From Squalus acanthias (Eukaryota), in contig CM059433.1 of assembly GCA_030390025.1 (NCBI GenBank), positions 28,956,001 through 29,020,000 of the forward strand: a stretch of 64,000 nt of DNA, read 5' to 3'. The translations under genes were made by a program, and so were the position numbers. This document shows positions 1-12,077 of the stretch, piece by piece (positions within the stretch are counted from its first letter, which is position 1; the number at the start of each line of letters is the position of its first letter). The notes under the pieces are model-generated. The model was not told the origin of the DNA. It ran no database searches and saw only the letters and a list, made by a program, of their open reading frames with translations.

Positions 1-39
1 TCTAATTTACAATAACTTGCCTCTATGGGAGCGTAATCA

Positions 40-515
40 GTCACAAATTGACACCGAGCCAAAGAAGTAGATATTAGGAGGGGTGACTCCTTGGTCAAAG
101 AGGCATGATTTAAGGAGGGGCATGAAGAAGGAGAGAGAGGTGGAGAGGTTTAGGAAGGCCATTCCAGAGCTTAGGGCCTAGACACTTAGAAGAATGTTGG
201 GGCGAAGAGAGTGGAGGATGTGCAAGAGGCTAGAGTTGGAGGAATGCAGAGTTCTTGGAAGGTTGAAGGAGGTTACAGAGATAGGGACTGGCAAGACCAT
301 GAAGGGATTTGAAAACAAGGATGAGAATTTTAATATCGAGGCATTGCCGGACTGGGAGCCAATGTAGGTCAGCGAGCACAGGGGGGATGGGTGAATGGGA
401 CTTGGTGCGAGTTAGGACTTGGTGATGGAGAGGATATGGGGTCGGAAGCTTAACTCAAGGTCAAATAGGACGCTGAGGTTGTGAACAGTCTGATTCAGCC
501 TCAGACATTGCCCAG
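40..515 (-). mobile_element. L2 (LINE2) 3' fragment, decayed
   Basis: Reverse complement of the L2 3' region at 3603-4105. ORF 412-678 carries remnant RT-like text (NLSVLFDLELSFRPHI). Confidence 0.75.
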
Positions 516-1712
516 CGAGGGAGATTAAATCTAATTTATACAGGTTAAACTGTCGGAGAGCTGCCTTCAAATCGCTACTAAGAACAAGAAGAATTGTGAT
601 TGTGAATAAAACGCATGACAGATCAATCAGCATCTGCGAGAGAAAGATAGGTTCATGTTTTAGGTGGGGCCTTTCCATCAGCAGTTCTGAATGGGCTCTT
701 ACATAGTTACACTATTTTAACTACCTAGTTTAACCATGAGCAGCATCTTTCGCACACAGACCAGCGTGTTAAATCTCTGACTGCTGTCGACCAGAGCAAT
801 CTGCATGATTTTCAGAGCCGGCACAGTCACAATGGGCCGAATGAACCTCCTTCCGTGCTGTCTGACTTTGGCCCAGCAGGTCTCCCTTTCTCTTTAAACT
901 CCACTGAACAAAGCATTGTCACTTCTAACAATTGCCAACTTAATAAAAGAAAGATTATCGGTAATTAAGAGGTAGAGGATGACAGGGCCATTATTGCGTG
1001 GAAAAACAGCAATCACCGCCTCTTCCTTTTGATAGGATGCAATGAGACAAAAGGAGTAGACTCCCAGAATAATGCTACTTAAAGGAAAGCCGTGACAAAC
1101 GACATTCATCTGAAATTTCCCTTAAGGAAGATACACAACAGACCCGATGTGGCTGATTGACTGGAGCTTGACGTTCACTGATGTTGCCTCGCTGATGCAT
1201 GGCTGAAGGCAACGCTATTTTCTAAGTTAAAAATCTAATGTCACAATGCATTTAAAAAAATGATTCAACATGATCTGAACTGCACCAAATTTAAATCTAA
1301 TGCTGGAGGATGGGTTTAATTGACCAGTCCTGTCCCAATATAAACATTAAGAGAGAGTGACTCTGTTAAAGCAAGATTAACGGGTACATTGCTCAAAAAC
1401 AGTTAAAGAATCTTTGTGATTCATGTTTAACAGCAACCAAATAAAATGGATGGGTGCTCCTGGTTTTACTTCTCTGGTTCTGTCCAATGCAAATTCAAAG
1501 ACAGCATTGATGGAGAAAAGGCAGATAGATGCACCTGTATTCTCGAAATGTTCCCTCTTATTTTTTTTGGGTGCACGACCCCTTTAAGGGGCTGTGCGGC
1601 CCATTCAAAATACCGCGCATGCGCAGTTTTCCGCATTGGAAAGCCAGTGAGCTGGCTGCGCTGGAGGTCCCAAGAGGGAACATTGATTTTCAAGCACCTC
1701 GAATGGCCTGTA

Positions 1713-2322
1713 CATAGAAAAGAACATAGGAACAGGAGTAGGCCATTCAGCCCCTCCAGTCTGTTCCGCTATTCAGTTAGATCATGGTTGATCTGTATCT
1801 TAACTCCATCCATCTGCCTTGGTTCTGTAACCCTTAATACCTTGCCGAACAAAACTCTATCAATCTCATTTTCAATTGACCCTCAGCCTCAACAGCTTTT
1901 TGGGGGAGAGAGTTCCAGATTTCCACTCCCCTTTGTGTGAAGATGTGCTTCCTGACATCACCCCTGAACGGCCTAGCTCTAATGTTAAGGTTATGCACTC
2001 TCCCGCCAGAGGAAATCATTTGTCTCTATCTACCCTATCAAATCCTTAAATCATCTTAAACACCTCAATTAGATCACTCCTTAATCTTCTGTACTCAAGG
2101 GAATATAAATCTTGTCTATGTAACCTGTCCTCATAAATTAACTCTTTTAGCCCCGGTATCATTCTGGTGAATCTGCTGCACCCCCTCCAAGGCCAGTATA
2201 TCCTTCCTGAGGTGCGGTGCCCAGAACTGAATGCAATACTCCAGATGGGATCTAACCAGAGCTTTATATAACTGCAACCTAACTTCTACCCCTTTGCATC
2301 CCAGCCCCCTTGAGATAAAGGC
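1713..2322 (-). mobile_element. CR1 LINE 3' fragment
   Basis: Minus-strand peptide FTQRGVEIWNSLPQKAVEA (CR1 ORF2 C-terminus) and a CR1-type 3' tail. Confidence 0.85.
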
Positions 2323-2351
2323 AGATTGGTGCCAATAATTTTAAACAGTTA

Positions 2352-2916
2352 GGGGCAGAAATTGAATCGCGCCCTCTTTGGGGCGCTAACTTAGCGCCCC
2401 GAAAAAATTAGCGCCCCCGCGGCTGGAATTGAGTGGTAGCGCCCCAAGAGGGAAGCGGGGCGCTACTGGAAGCGCCCCACCTCCCTCTTGGGGCGCTGCG
2501 AGGGAATGTTGCGGCGCTACGTGCCGCGGTATTGCAGGCCTTCCTCCCCTTCTTAAAGGGGAGGTGCCTTGCGCAGCGCGACCCGGGGACGGGAGCGGAG
2601 GCTGGTGCTGCCAGACGGCCAGCAACAAAAATGGCCGCCCGGCACCTCGCCTTTAAATAGCGCCGCCCCAGCCGCAGGTAGGCCCCCCGACCCCGTTGGA
2701 CATAGTGTCCGGCGGTAAGTCAGGGGGCGCTACCGAAGATCGTGGCCGGGGCGCGAGCGGGACACTGCACACGGCGATGACGTCATCGCCGGCGGCGCAG
2801 CGCTGCGTTAACGGTTAACGCCGCCACTGACCTCCTGCTGAATTTCGCGGGAGGCGTTGGCGGCGCCGTGCCAGAGGGCGCTAACAGGAGGCACAAAGCA
2901 ACCGAATTTTTCCCAC
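2352..2916. mobile_element. PIF/Harbinger-type MITE, GC/CpG-rich
   Basis: Termini GGGGCAGAAATT...AATTTTTCCCAC, preceded by TTA. Both ends are homologous to the inverted copy at 4992-5251. Confidence 0.75.
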
Positions 2917-2919
2917 TAT

Positions 2920-4335
2920 AATCACTCCTTAATCTCCTCTAATCGAATTAAAACAGCCTCAATTTTTCATCTGTCTCCCTATTTCTATTTCCACCTACCA
3001 GACAGGACCTTAGTGACTCTGTGAAGTACGCTCTCTATTACCTCAACACCCTTCCTATAGTGTGAAGCCCAAAATTGCACACAACACTCCAACTGTGGTC
3101 TTACTGAGATTCACCATTACATCTTGACTTTCATATTCTAATCACTTGCCATAAAGCCCACTAGACGATTAACTTTTTTTAAAAAAACAGCCTCATCCAC
3201 TTGAGGTGCTGCTTTTATTGTCTTGTGAATCTAAATCCCCAAATCCCTCTGTGTTTTCACATCACCCAGCTTTCCTCCAAAATTATTACTTCTATTTTTT
3301 TAACCAAATGTACCACATTTAGTGATGTCCCATCTGCCACTTTTTGCCTATTCCACCACCTTACAATTTCTTTTGCTCTTCAGAATTATTGACTATGCCT
3401 CCTTTTTAGTATTGTCTGCAAATTTTGGCCACCACTCACTCGAGGCCTCTATCCAAACAGAAGCGGTCCCAGAACAGAGCAGAACCCTGTGGAACATCAT
3501 GACCTACTTTCAGCTCCTCTGAGAGACTGCCTTTAAATTCCACTCTGTTTCCTAGCCTTCCCCCTAATTCTATCACCCTTAAACTTGTAAATCTTGAGCT
3601 CAACCAAAACTCTGCTGCCCGTGTCCTAACTCGCACCAAGTCCCGTTCAACCATCACCCCTGTGCTTGCTGACCTACAATGGGTCCCGGTCTGGCAACGC
3701 CTCAATTTTAAAATTCTTATCCTTGTTTTCAAACCCCTCCGTGGCTTTGCCACTGCCTATCTCTGTAACTCCTCTAGCCCTACAACCCTCTGAGATCTCT
3801 GCTCTCCTACAATTCTGGCCTCTTGCATATCTCCAATGTTCTTCACTCCACCTTTGGTGGCCATGCCTTCAGCTGCCTAGGCCCTAAGCTTTGGAATTCC
3901 CGCTCTAAACTTCTCTGCCTCGCTACCTCGCTTTCCTCCTTTAAGACACTCCTTAAATCCTACCTCTTTGACCAAGCTTTTGGTCACCTGTCCTAATATC
4001 TCCTTATGTAGCTTGGTGTCAACTTGTTTGATAACGTTTCTGTGAAGTGCCTTGGGACGTTTTACTACTTTAAAGGCGCTATATAAATGCAAGTTGTTGT
4101 TGTTGTAAAGGATTTCTGAAAGTCTATGTGCACCACATCCCCTGCATTTCCCCCATCCACCATTTCTGTCACCTCCTCAACAATCTTCATCATGCTTGCC
4201 AAGCACGATCTTTCTTTTTGGAATCTAAATTGGCTGCTTCTAATGATTTTTTCTTCATATGGATATTTAGTCATTTCATCTTTAATTAAAGATTCTAAAA
4301 TCTTCCCAACCACAGGTGTTAAACAATTAGACAGG
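2920..4335 (-). mobile_element. Old CR1 RT fragment interrupted by an L2 copy
   Basis: 4106-4335 encodes LTPVVGKILESLIKD...DVVHIDFQKSF (CR1 RT). Degraded CR1-like sequence continues at 2920-3590. Confidence 0.6.
3603..4105 (+). mobile_element. L2 3' fragment with (GTT)n tail
   Basis: QNSAARVLTRTKSRSTITPVLADLQWVP-type L2 RT C-terminus, ending AAAGGCGCTATATAAATGCAAGTTGTTGTTGTTG. Confidence 0.85.
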
Positions 4336-4344
4336 TTAGCTGTG

Positions 4345-4730
4345 TCCCTTATTAGGGCCAAAGCAGCTGAAGGCACAGCCACCAATGGTGGAGCAATTCA
4401 AATCGGGGATGCGCAAGAGGCCAGAAATGGAGGAGTGCAGAGATCTCGAATGCTTGTAGGGGTGGAGGAAGTTACAGAGATAGAGTGGGGTGAAGCCATG
4501 GATGGATTTGAAAACAAGGATGAGGATTTTGAAGTTGAGGTGTTGTCGGAGCGGGAGCCAGTGTAGGTCAGCAAGCACAGGGGTGATAGGTGAACAAGAC
4601 TTGGAGCGAGTTAAGATACGGGCAGCAGAGTTTTGAATGAGCACAAGTTTATGTAGGGTGGAAGATGGGAGGTCGGCCAGGAAAGCATTGGAACAGTTAA
4701 TTCTAGAGCTAACAAAGGCATGGATTTGGG
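4345..4730 (-). mobile_element. L2 fragment
   Basis: ORF 4336-4743 includes HAFVSSRINCSNAFL...LIQNSAARILTRSK...LADLHWLP, the L2 RT C-terminus. Confidence 0.85.
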
Positions 4731-4991
4731 CAAGATTCAACAATAGAAGGAATGCGTTATGGATTTGTGGAACATACTCACAGCTAAAGCAGTTAGTGAT
4801 TCAGAGCTGGATGAATATCTGGCTAGAAATGGGATCGAGTTGCATAAGTGCAGATAGAGATAGAGATGATTGACTATGGGGTAGAACATGGTGTTGTTAT
4901 GTTAACGAGGTTAAACAAGTGCAAGTTGTTCCATATGGAATATGAAACTGAAGGAGAAATAAGAAATCGAGTCCACTTAAGCTAACATTAA

Positions 4992-5251
4992 GGGGGCAAA
5001 ATTCGGTTGCTTTGCGCCTCCCGTTAGCACCCTAAAGGGGCGTTAACGGGGCGCAAAGCAACTAGCACCCGGGCGCAGCACTGCTAACGCCTCCCACGAA
5101 ATTCAGCAGGAGGTTAGTGGCGGCGGTAGCCGGTAGCGCCCCGCGGCGTGCGCCTCCGGCGATGATGGGGCCGCTAATCTTTTCGGGACGCTAATAGTAG
5201 CGCCCCGGCGAAGTTACTGCCCCAAATGGGGCGCGACCCAATTTCTTCCCC
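4992..5251. mobile_element. PIF/Harbinger-type MITE, internally deleted inverted relative of 2352-2916
   Basis: TIRs GGGGGCAAAATT / AATTTCTTCCCC with a TAA target-site duplication at 4989-4991 and 5252-5254. Confidence 0.85.
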
Positions 5252-5729
5252 TAAGTGTCCTATGTTTTGCATATTTAATTTGAGTTGCCAATTATTGTTG
5301 GAAGGAAAGTGTATTATCATTTCAAACAAAACTCGAAAGTAGTAGTAATAACTTTCAAGCTCAGTTGTTTAAATAGTACCTAGAAAATGTGGAACTAAAT
5401 ATTTTGCTTTTAAATGAGGTTTAAGCATCTTTTTAGAATTGTAAATGATGCCATGTGGGAAGAAACAACAGTATGGGGCAGGGGTGTGACAGAAAATGGG
5501 CGTGGGAATTGTGGTACGTGATTAACCCGCGCCCGATAATTGTGTTGCAGGCAGCACATTAAATTGGTGCTGCCAGCTCTTTTAAATGACTGCTGTATGC
5601 AGGCAGCGCTCCCCGTGCTGTTCATTGGTTGCATGCATCAGCAGGGGGCCCGATATCGCGAGTGGTTAGCGCTACTTAAAGGCAGCCTGCACCACTTAAA
5701 GGGGAGGTGCATTGTGGCTGCAAGAAGTG

Positions 5730-6710
5730 GCGAGAGTGTGCACCATGGTTTTCTGATAATGCACTGGAGGCCTTGGTAGAAGAGGTGGAAAGAAGGAGTG
5801 ATGTCCTGTATCCACAGAAGGCCCTCCATACATATGCTGAGGAGGCAGTGGGAACAAGTAACGTCGGAGGTCAGTGCCAGGCGTGTTACTCCAAGAACAT
5901 GGACCCAGTGCAGGAAGAGGTTTAACGATCTGACACGATTTGTCAAGGTGAGTGAGTTCATCTTCAAATGGCATAATGGCATATCCTACCAACTGCACCA
6001 CTAGCCTCACACACTGCTCAATTCACAACACTCCTATCATCCACCTACCAACAATCTCTATCAATCAGTACTAAACCTTTCAATTCATATGCTTTACCTC
6101 ACCCTCACACACTTAGCACTGTTGCAAGCCTCACACCCACAACTCACAGCTCGCGCACACTGGCAGCCATTCAACCATGACAGCCACATCACCCAAACAT
6201 ATTGCAGGACACTCACTGACACACTTCCCTCTTTCTTGCAGGAGGAGATACAACAGCAGGCCGCATGGAGGAGACAGTGCTGGCCATCATGGGAAGGGGC
6301 ATTACTGAGGCCATGGCCACTGGTGGGGCTGGAGGGATAAATGATGAGGGTACCTGCATCCCTAATCCTCCTTCTCTCATCGAACTTCACCCCCATCCCT
6401 CAATCACTTCTGACTCACAAGCTGCAGATGGTGTAAGCAGGCACTTCTTACTTTCTCCTCTCCCCTCACCACAACCCAACCCTTGTCCCTTTTTCATTTT
6501 AGATACCCAAGAACGAGAACCTTCCCAGTCAGTGGAGGAAGAGGAAGAAGACAGTAAAGATGAAGAGGCACCGTCACTCGATATTACACTCACAGCCACC
6601 AGCTCAGACATGGACACTGCATGTATTTTAGAGGCGAAGACAGAGGAGGAATCTGTAGAGGAGGCCACAAGTGTGTAGGAGTCAGGGCGGGGGGAAAGGA
6701 TAGCGAGGTG
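5730..6710 (+). pseudogene. Harbinger Myb/SANT-like (NAIF1/MSANTD-type) DNA-binding protein, frameshifted, spliced
   Basis: RECAPWFSDNALEALVEEVERRSDVLY / LRRQWEQVTSEVSARRVTPRTWTQCRKRFNDL. Donor GTGAGT at 5948, acceptor TTGCAG at 6241, later acidic tract EEEEEDSKDEE. Confidence 0.85.
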
Positions 6711-6726
6711 CCAGCTCGCTGGAGGG

Positions 6727-6985
6727 CGAGATGTTGCTTATATCCCCAGCAGCAGCCTGGAAGGAGCCAGATGCGTAAAAGTTAAAAGGCACGATCACCT
6801 TGACAGCCACAGGCAATGCTGTCATTGCCCGACTTTGTGGTTACAGTTTTGGCTGCAGCAGTTGACAGATTTCAGTCACAACCTCTTTTGTGAAGCAAAA
6901 AGTGTTAAGCATTGGTCCTCGCTGAAGTTCAGATAAGAGAATTGCTCCCTGAAGACCCTCTGCGGATATGGCCTCCTGCTGAGAG
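6727..6985 (-). pseudogene. Harbinger (HARBI1-like) transposase N-terminal remnant
   Basis: RRPYPQRVFREQFSYLNFSEDQCL / FTKEVVTEICQLLQPKL*PQSRAMTALPVAVKVIVPFNFYASGSFQAAAGDISNIS. One stop and one frameshift; the DDE region is deleted. Confidence 0.85.
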
Positions 6986-8187
6986 CCCATCTCTCCCTCC
7001 CTCTTGTCCTGTTCTGCGTGGCCTCTCTTCATTCTCCCATTCATGCTCAATTCCCAGAGGAAGGCCACCCATGTCTGAAAGCAACTTGTTTCAGCACAAG
7101 CTTTTAAATCAACAAAAAAGTACTTCAGCACCAGCCAGACCACTCCCTGTAGACTATTGGAACTTTAAACAAGTATAGGAAAGCTCCAAAAATGCGTACA
7201 ATTGCACTTCAACTGGAAGAAATAATCCAGCAACTGACCTGTAAGTAGTTCATGATCCCTTTAAATAGCACTGGTGGGGGGGTCCTTCATGCCGTCTAAC
7301 ACATGTTCAGCTGTGTGAGGTTAAGGGGGGCTTAGGCTGGAGTGTGACATTCAAAAATGGCAGCGCTGGCATCAAATCAGCGTTGCACACTGAGTGACGT
7401 CATAATCTGCCTGCTCTGCATGCCACCGGCAGTCGTAAGGTGCGCACACGCAAACCCCTTTACCAAGATGGCGTCTGGTGCAGTTCCCGTCGAAAATGTG
7501 TGCGTGCAGCTCAGACCCCATTTTTGAGCGTTAGGAGATCGCGTTGTGCCTAAAAATCGGACGTTACACAGCCCAATTTCTCCCCCATTTTCTATTTAAA
7601 ATGTAACATGGCAGTAAATAATAAACCTTTGTTCACTTCATTTATTCTTTATTCAAACATATGAAAAGTATATACTTTTTAAATTTAGTAATAACTATTC
7701 ATAAAACTGAGGGGAAGAAATTCCATACCTTATCGCTACACATTAGCGCGGTGTAATGTGGAGAGAGTGGCCGCTCTTCCACTAACTGGTGGCAGGTCCT
7801 GCTGCGTCCACCATTTTCGTGGTCCCAGTAGCGCTGCCATTATCAGGTATCGCCCTGAAAAGAAAAATGGCGCAGTGGTGACATCAGTCGGCGTACAACG
7901 CTGACTTAACGTCACCACGGCAAACGACAACCCTAACGCTGAGTTCAGTGCTAGGCCCTAAGCTTGCCATGTAAACTCAGCGTGCAAGCAGACTGACAGA
8001 GGCGCTGTTAGCACCTCTTAAAGGGACACACACATCTTTCAGGTAAGTTTGCGTTTAAGTTTTAGACTGGGTTTGATTTTACTGAAGTAGTGGCTTGCTG
8101 CAATAGATGTTAAAAGTTTTTTAAGTGTGTAGGGAGCGCTGCTGGACACTTGCAACGCCTTGGATGGTAAAGGAAGGCCTCCGAGAA

Positions 8188-8330
8188 GACAGAAAATGCT
8201 GCAAATACTCAGCAGGTCAGGCAGCATCCGTGGAGAGAGAAACAGAGTTCACATCTCAGGTCGAGGTGCTGCCTGACCTGCTGAGTATTTCCAGCACTTT
8301 ATACTGTCAGTTCAGATTTACAGCATCCGC
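8188..8330. mobile_element. Penelope-like terminal remnant arranged as an inverted repeat
   Basis: AAAATGCTGCAAATACTCAGCAGGTCAGGCAGCA followed by its reverse complement TGCTGCCTGACCTGCTGAGTATTTCCAGCACTTT. Same sequence family as 28755-28825. Confidence 0.75.
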
Positions 8331-8739
8331 TCACAGAGGGAAGAGGAAGACACAGAAGAGGAAGACATAGAAGAGGAAGAAGCCGAAGAGGAGGAAGCAG
8401 AAGAGAAGAAAGCAGAAGGAAGGATGCAACCCAGACAGCCCCTTTGTGGCCGGGATATCCAGGATGGAATCATCCGCCTGCGGTCCCAGTGACCACAACC
8501 CCAATTCCCCTTTCAACAGTAATCCCACACCTTACCTTCCTATGTTACTGACCATCACAATGTCCTCTTGGCCATGATGCTGAAATAAAAGCCACCACAA
8601 AGCAAACTTTCCAATCCAACTTTATACATCTATCCATCCAATGTGACATCAAGAAATCAACCCATCACCCTTATGCATTCTCTTAGTGACTGTCTTGTGT
8701 GTGCCTTTGCCTATCCTACTGATGTCACGCAGTGCCATC

Positions 8740-9490
8740 CCAGTGGCTGCAGCATGGCTGGTGGAAGGCTGCTGACTTTCAGTGGGGGACACTGCAAATG
8801 GCCTTGCTGGTCGACCGTGAGGAGCAGGTGGCTGGGAGTGTCAAATCAAGTGATGGTGTTTCTTCTTTTTCTTCTTCACTCTCCTCTCCCTCTTCTTGGT
8901 CACCCACTGGTTGGGCAGGCTGCATTTCTTGGGTGTGTGAAATGAGGAAGGCACAAGGGTGGAGTTGTGGTGAGGGGAGGGCGGAAAAGCAAGAGGTGCA
9001 TGCGAGAAGGAAGATAATGTATGAGGATACCAGCATCTTGTATCCTTTCTGCCCAGCTGCTGCCCAAGGGCTCAGCCATGCCCCTGCCAAGAATGGCCTG
9101 CACCGTCTCCTCCAAGGGGCTGAGGTGAGGCTAGGAATGGGAGATGTGCCTCGTGATTGGTACAGACTGTTGGTGGGTGAGTGATTGGGGTGGGGCGGGG
9201 GTGTTGGAGACATGCACTGAGCAGTGTTTGAGGCTAGTGATTCAGTTGGTAGGAGACGGCTTTTGAAGATGCATTCACTGACTTTGACCAGTGGTCTGAG
9301 ATCATGAAGCTTCTTTGGGCACTGGAGCCAGGTGGTGGGGGCGACACTACTGGCAGTGATGGCCTCAGTGATGTGGTCCCATATCATTTGTTCTGGAGGG
9401 CATCCTGGCCCCTGTGGGGAGATGGCCAGTCTTGCAGTGGTTAACCCCCTGCACAAAGCTGGAGTGCTGCGTGCGAGACCCTGGGTGCCC
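8740..9490 (-). pseudogene. Harbinger Myb/SANT-like protein remnant
   Basis: WDHITEAITASSVAPTTWLQCPKKLHDLRPLVK, MEETVQAILGRGMAE and EEGEESEEEKEETPSLDLTL, collinear with the 5730-6710 remnant. Confidence 0.8.
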
Positions 9491-11457
9491 CATTTGTGTT
9501 AGCACTGAAGCACTATTCCCATTTTTTGAGGTTCGGAAAGGAATTCAGCTTTAAGTGCTGAAGACTCCCATTTGGGTCTTTTTTTAATGTTAATTTTTTT
9601 TGAAAGGCAGTAAGAGCTGAAAAATGCATTTTTTTCACTTGGTTTTAATTTTTATTAGTTCCGAAGCATTGCCTCTTTAATTCATAGACCTTTTAATTGC
9701 CCACAATTCATTGCGAACTCCACAGCCTCGCACCCATTGGCTGTAAGAAGCTGGAACACCGCTCCTGGACGGGAACTTCGGGTCGGATGCCTCCACTAAC
9801 ACCACCAGGAGGGCGTTACACTGTAAGCTAGCGCTGGGCTAAAGATCTTTAGCCCCCAGCGTGAATTTTTGCCCGGTAGCGCTGCGGCGATTTTCAGCGG
9901 CCGTTAACCCGAGGCCGCGGTGACAACGGCAGGTTTCTGTCGATGTCCAATTTCTCGGCCTGAGTTTTCTATCTATCTATATTATTCTATCTATATTCAA
10001 ACAGTTGACATTAATATTTTAGATTATTTATTGCACTATTTAGGTTGTTGATTTTTTTTTTCTCCAAATGGTTCCTTTGGGGCAAGACCTTTGGGATAAA
10101 CATTATTCATGCTTGAACATTAAGAACAAATGAACTTGCCTTATACAGCGCCTTTCGCAACCTCAGGACGTCCCAAAGCACTTCACAGTACTTTGTGAAA
10201 TGTAGTCGCTGTTCTAAGGTAGGGATGTACAGGATTAACAATATCACTTACTGTTCTGCTGAACCAGGGTATTGTTGACAGATACTTAATATTGGGTCTA
10301 ATGACCCCAATTTTAGGGATAAGCAGGTACTTCAGCATTGAACAAAGTACTAACTGCAGCCTAAGAAAGCTTATTGTGCTCAGCATTTCAAATAGTACAG
10401 AAAACAAATAAACAGCAACGTCTGGCCTTCTGGAACAAGTAAGGAAATTAAGTATTGGACCCGTCTTTTAATTTGCTACTTTTGGATTGGCGTAGTAATA
10501 CCGTGTCGATATCAAGACTCATTGCACCATCCCCCTACTCCAACTCATTTCTTTCTCAGGACCCCAAAACTTTGGAGATGCTGATCCCTTATGAGCTGAT
10601 TCCCTGTTGGAGAGCTCCCAATGCGTAGCAGCACTGGTCAGGAAATTGCCTCCCCACTAACCCTTGATTTTCAATCTGTTAATTTGAAGGGATGAAAAAT
10701 CACGGGGCTGCGGGCTGGCAACCACCCAACCAGTGCTGCCTACAGGTGCCTCATTACAATAATCAAATTGACGTCCCGGCCCTGAGAGCGGGTTGGTCGC
10801 CCGCCCCCGTCTCACCTCCGTTAAAACCGGAAGTGGGCGGGTTCAGGTCGGGAATCCCATTTTTAACAATTTAACTGCCCCCACGTTCCAAACCCACCCA
10901 TTGTTTTTAGGGGAAAATTCCAGCCTTTGATTTTATTTATATTAGATAAAAGAGAAGTATCTGGTTTAACATCAAGTTGTAACACCGACATCTAGTTTTA
11001 TCCTTGCAAGGTCAGTCAGATGTTCCTGTCTCTAGAATCCAATAAAATTATGCTGTTCTACTGTCTTCAAGAACTCAACTCCAAATTACTCTCGCTCCAT
11101 TTTTCCTCCTTGGACATTTGCTTACGTTCATCCTATTGCTAAGAAAGGTGGCCCCCGCTCACCCTGCTAACCCCAACCACGGTTATCACTCAAATTATCC
11201 ATCACCTTGAAAGTTCAAGCCTTTATATTGATCACAAGAATAGATTTTTGGCAAAGGCCATTCCTCTGGTGATACTTTTGCCTGTGTTGTGTACTTACAT
11301 TACAACAGTGACTACACTTCAAAAATACTTCATTGGCTGTAAAGCGCTTTGGGACGTCCTGAGGTCGTGGAAGGTGTAATATAAGTCTTTCTTTATGAGG
11401 GAGCAAAGAATCGAAGGATATGCTAATAGGGTTAGATGAAGAGGGATGGGAGGAGGC

Positions 11458-11810
11458 TCCCACTCCCGATCCCCGATACTGCCCCTCTCCCCATCCCCAA
11501 TACTGCCCCACTCCCCATCCCTGATACTGCCCCGCTCCCGATCCCCGATACTGCCCCGCTCCCGATTCCCGATACTGTGCCGCTCATGATCCCCACTCCC
11601 GATCCCCGATACTGCCCCACTCCCGATCCCCGATACTGCCCCTCTCCCCATCCCCAATACTGCCCCACTCCCCATCCCTGATACTGCACCGCTCCCGATC
11701 CCCGATACTGCCCCGCTCCCGATTCCCGATACTGCCCCGCTCGTGAACCCCACTCCCGAGCCCCGATACTGCCCCACTCCCGATCCCCGATACTGCCATG
11801 CCGATCCCCG
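11458..11810. repeat. Minisatellite A, ~24-bp unit CCCC(A/G)CTCCCGATCCCCGATACTG
   Basis: Directly visible tandem array. A short copy recurs at ~13134-13240. Confidence 0.9.
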
Positions 11811-11819
11811 ACCCCCCTA

Positions 11820-12077
11820 CCACGATCCCCGACTATGACGACCCCGTGATCTCCCCCCACCGATCCCCGACCATGTCGGCCCCTCGATCTCCCCCCACTG
11901 ATCCCCGACCATGTCGACCCCTCGATCTCCCCCCCCACTGATCCCCGACCATGTCGACCCCTCGATCTCCCCCCCACCGATCCCCGACCATGTCGATCCC
12001 ACGATCCCCGACCATGTCGATCCCTCGATCCCCGACCATGTCGATCCCGCGATCCCCGACCATGTCGATCCCACGAT
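11820..12077. repeat. Minisatellite B, short array
   Basis: Units related to CCCCCCACTGATCCCCGACCATGTCGACCCCTCGATCT, some shortened to ~24 bp. Confidence 0.9.

Larger units (their letters stand above)
5476..7586. mobile_element. Decayed PIF/Harbinger DNA transposon with convergent Myb/SANT-like gene (+) and transposase (-), internally deleted
   Basis: Right TIR AATTTCTCCCCC at 7575-7586 and both Harbinger gene remnants inside. The left end is approximate. Confidence 0.85.
7711..9960. mobile_element. Second decayed PIF/Harbinger transposon, opposite orientation
   Basis: TIRs GGGGAAGAAATT / AATTTCTCGGCC with a 3-bp TSD TGA (7708-7710, 9961-9963). Acidic putative transposase C-terminus on + (~8340-8492) followed by AATAAA. 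Confidence 0.85.

Noticed and set aside
2352..2916. CpG island or promoter
   Set aside because: Bounded by TIRs and homologous to a second copy at 4992-5251; explained as a MITE.
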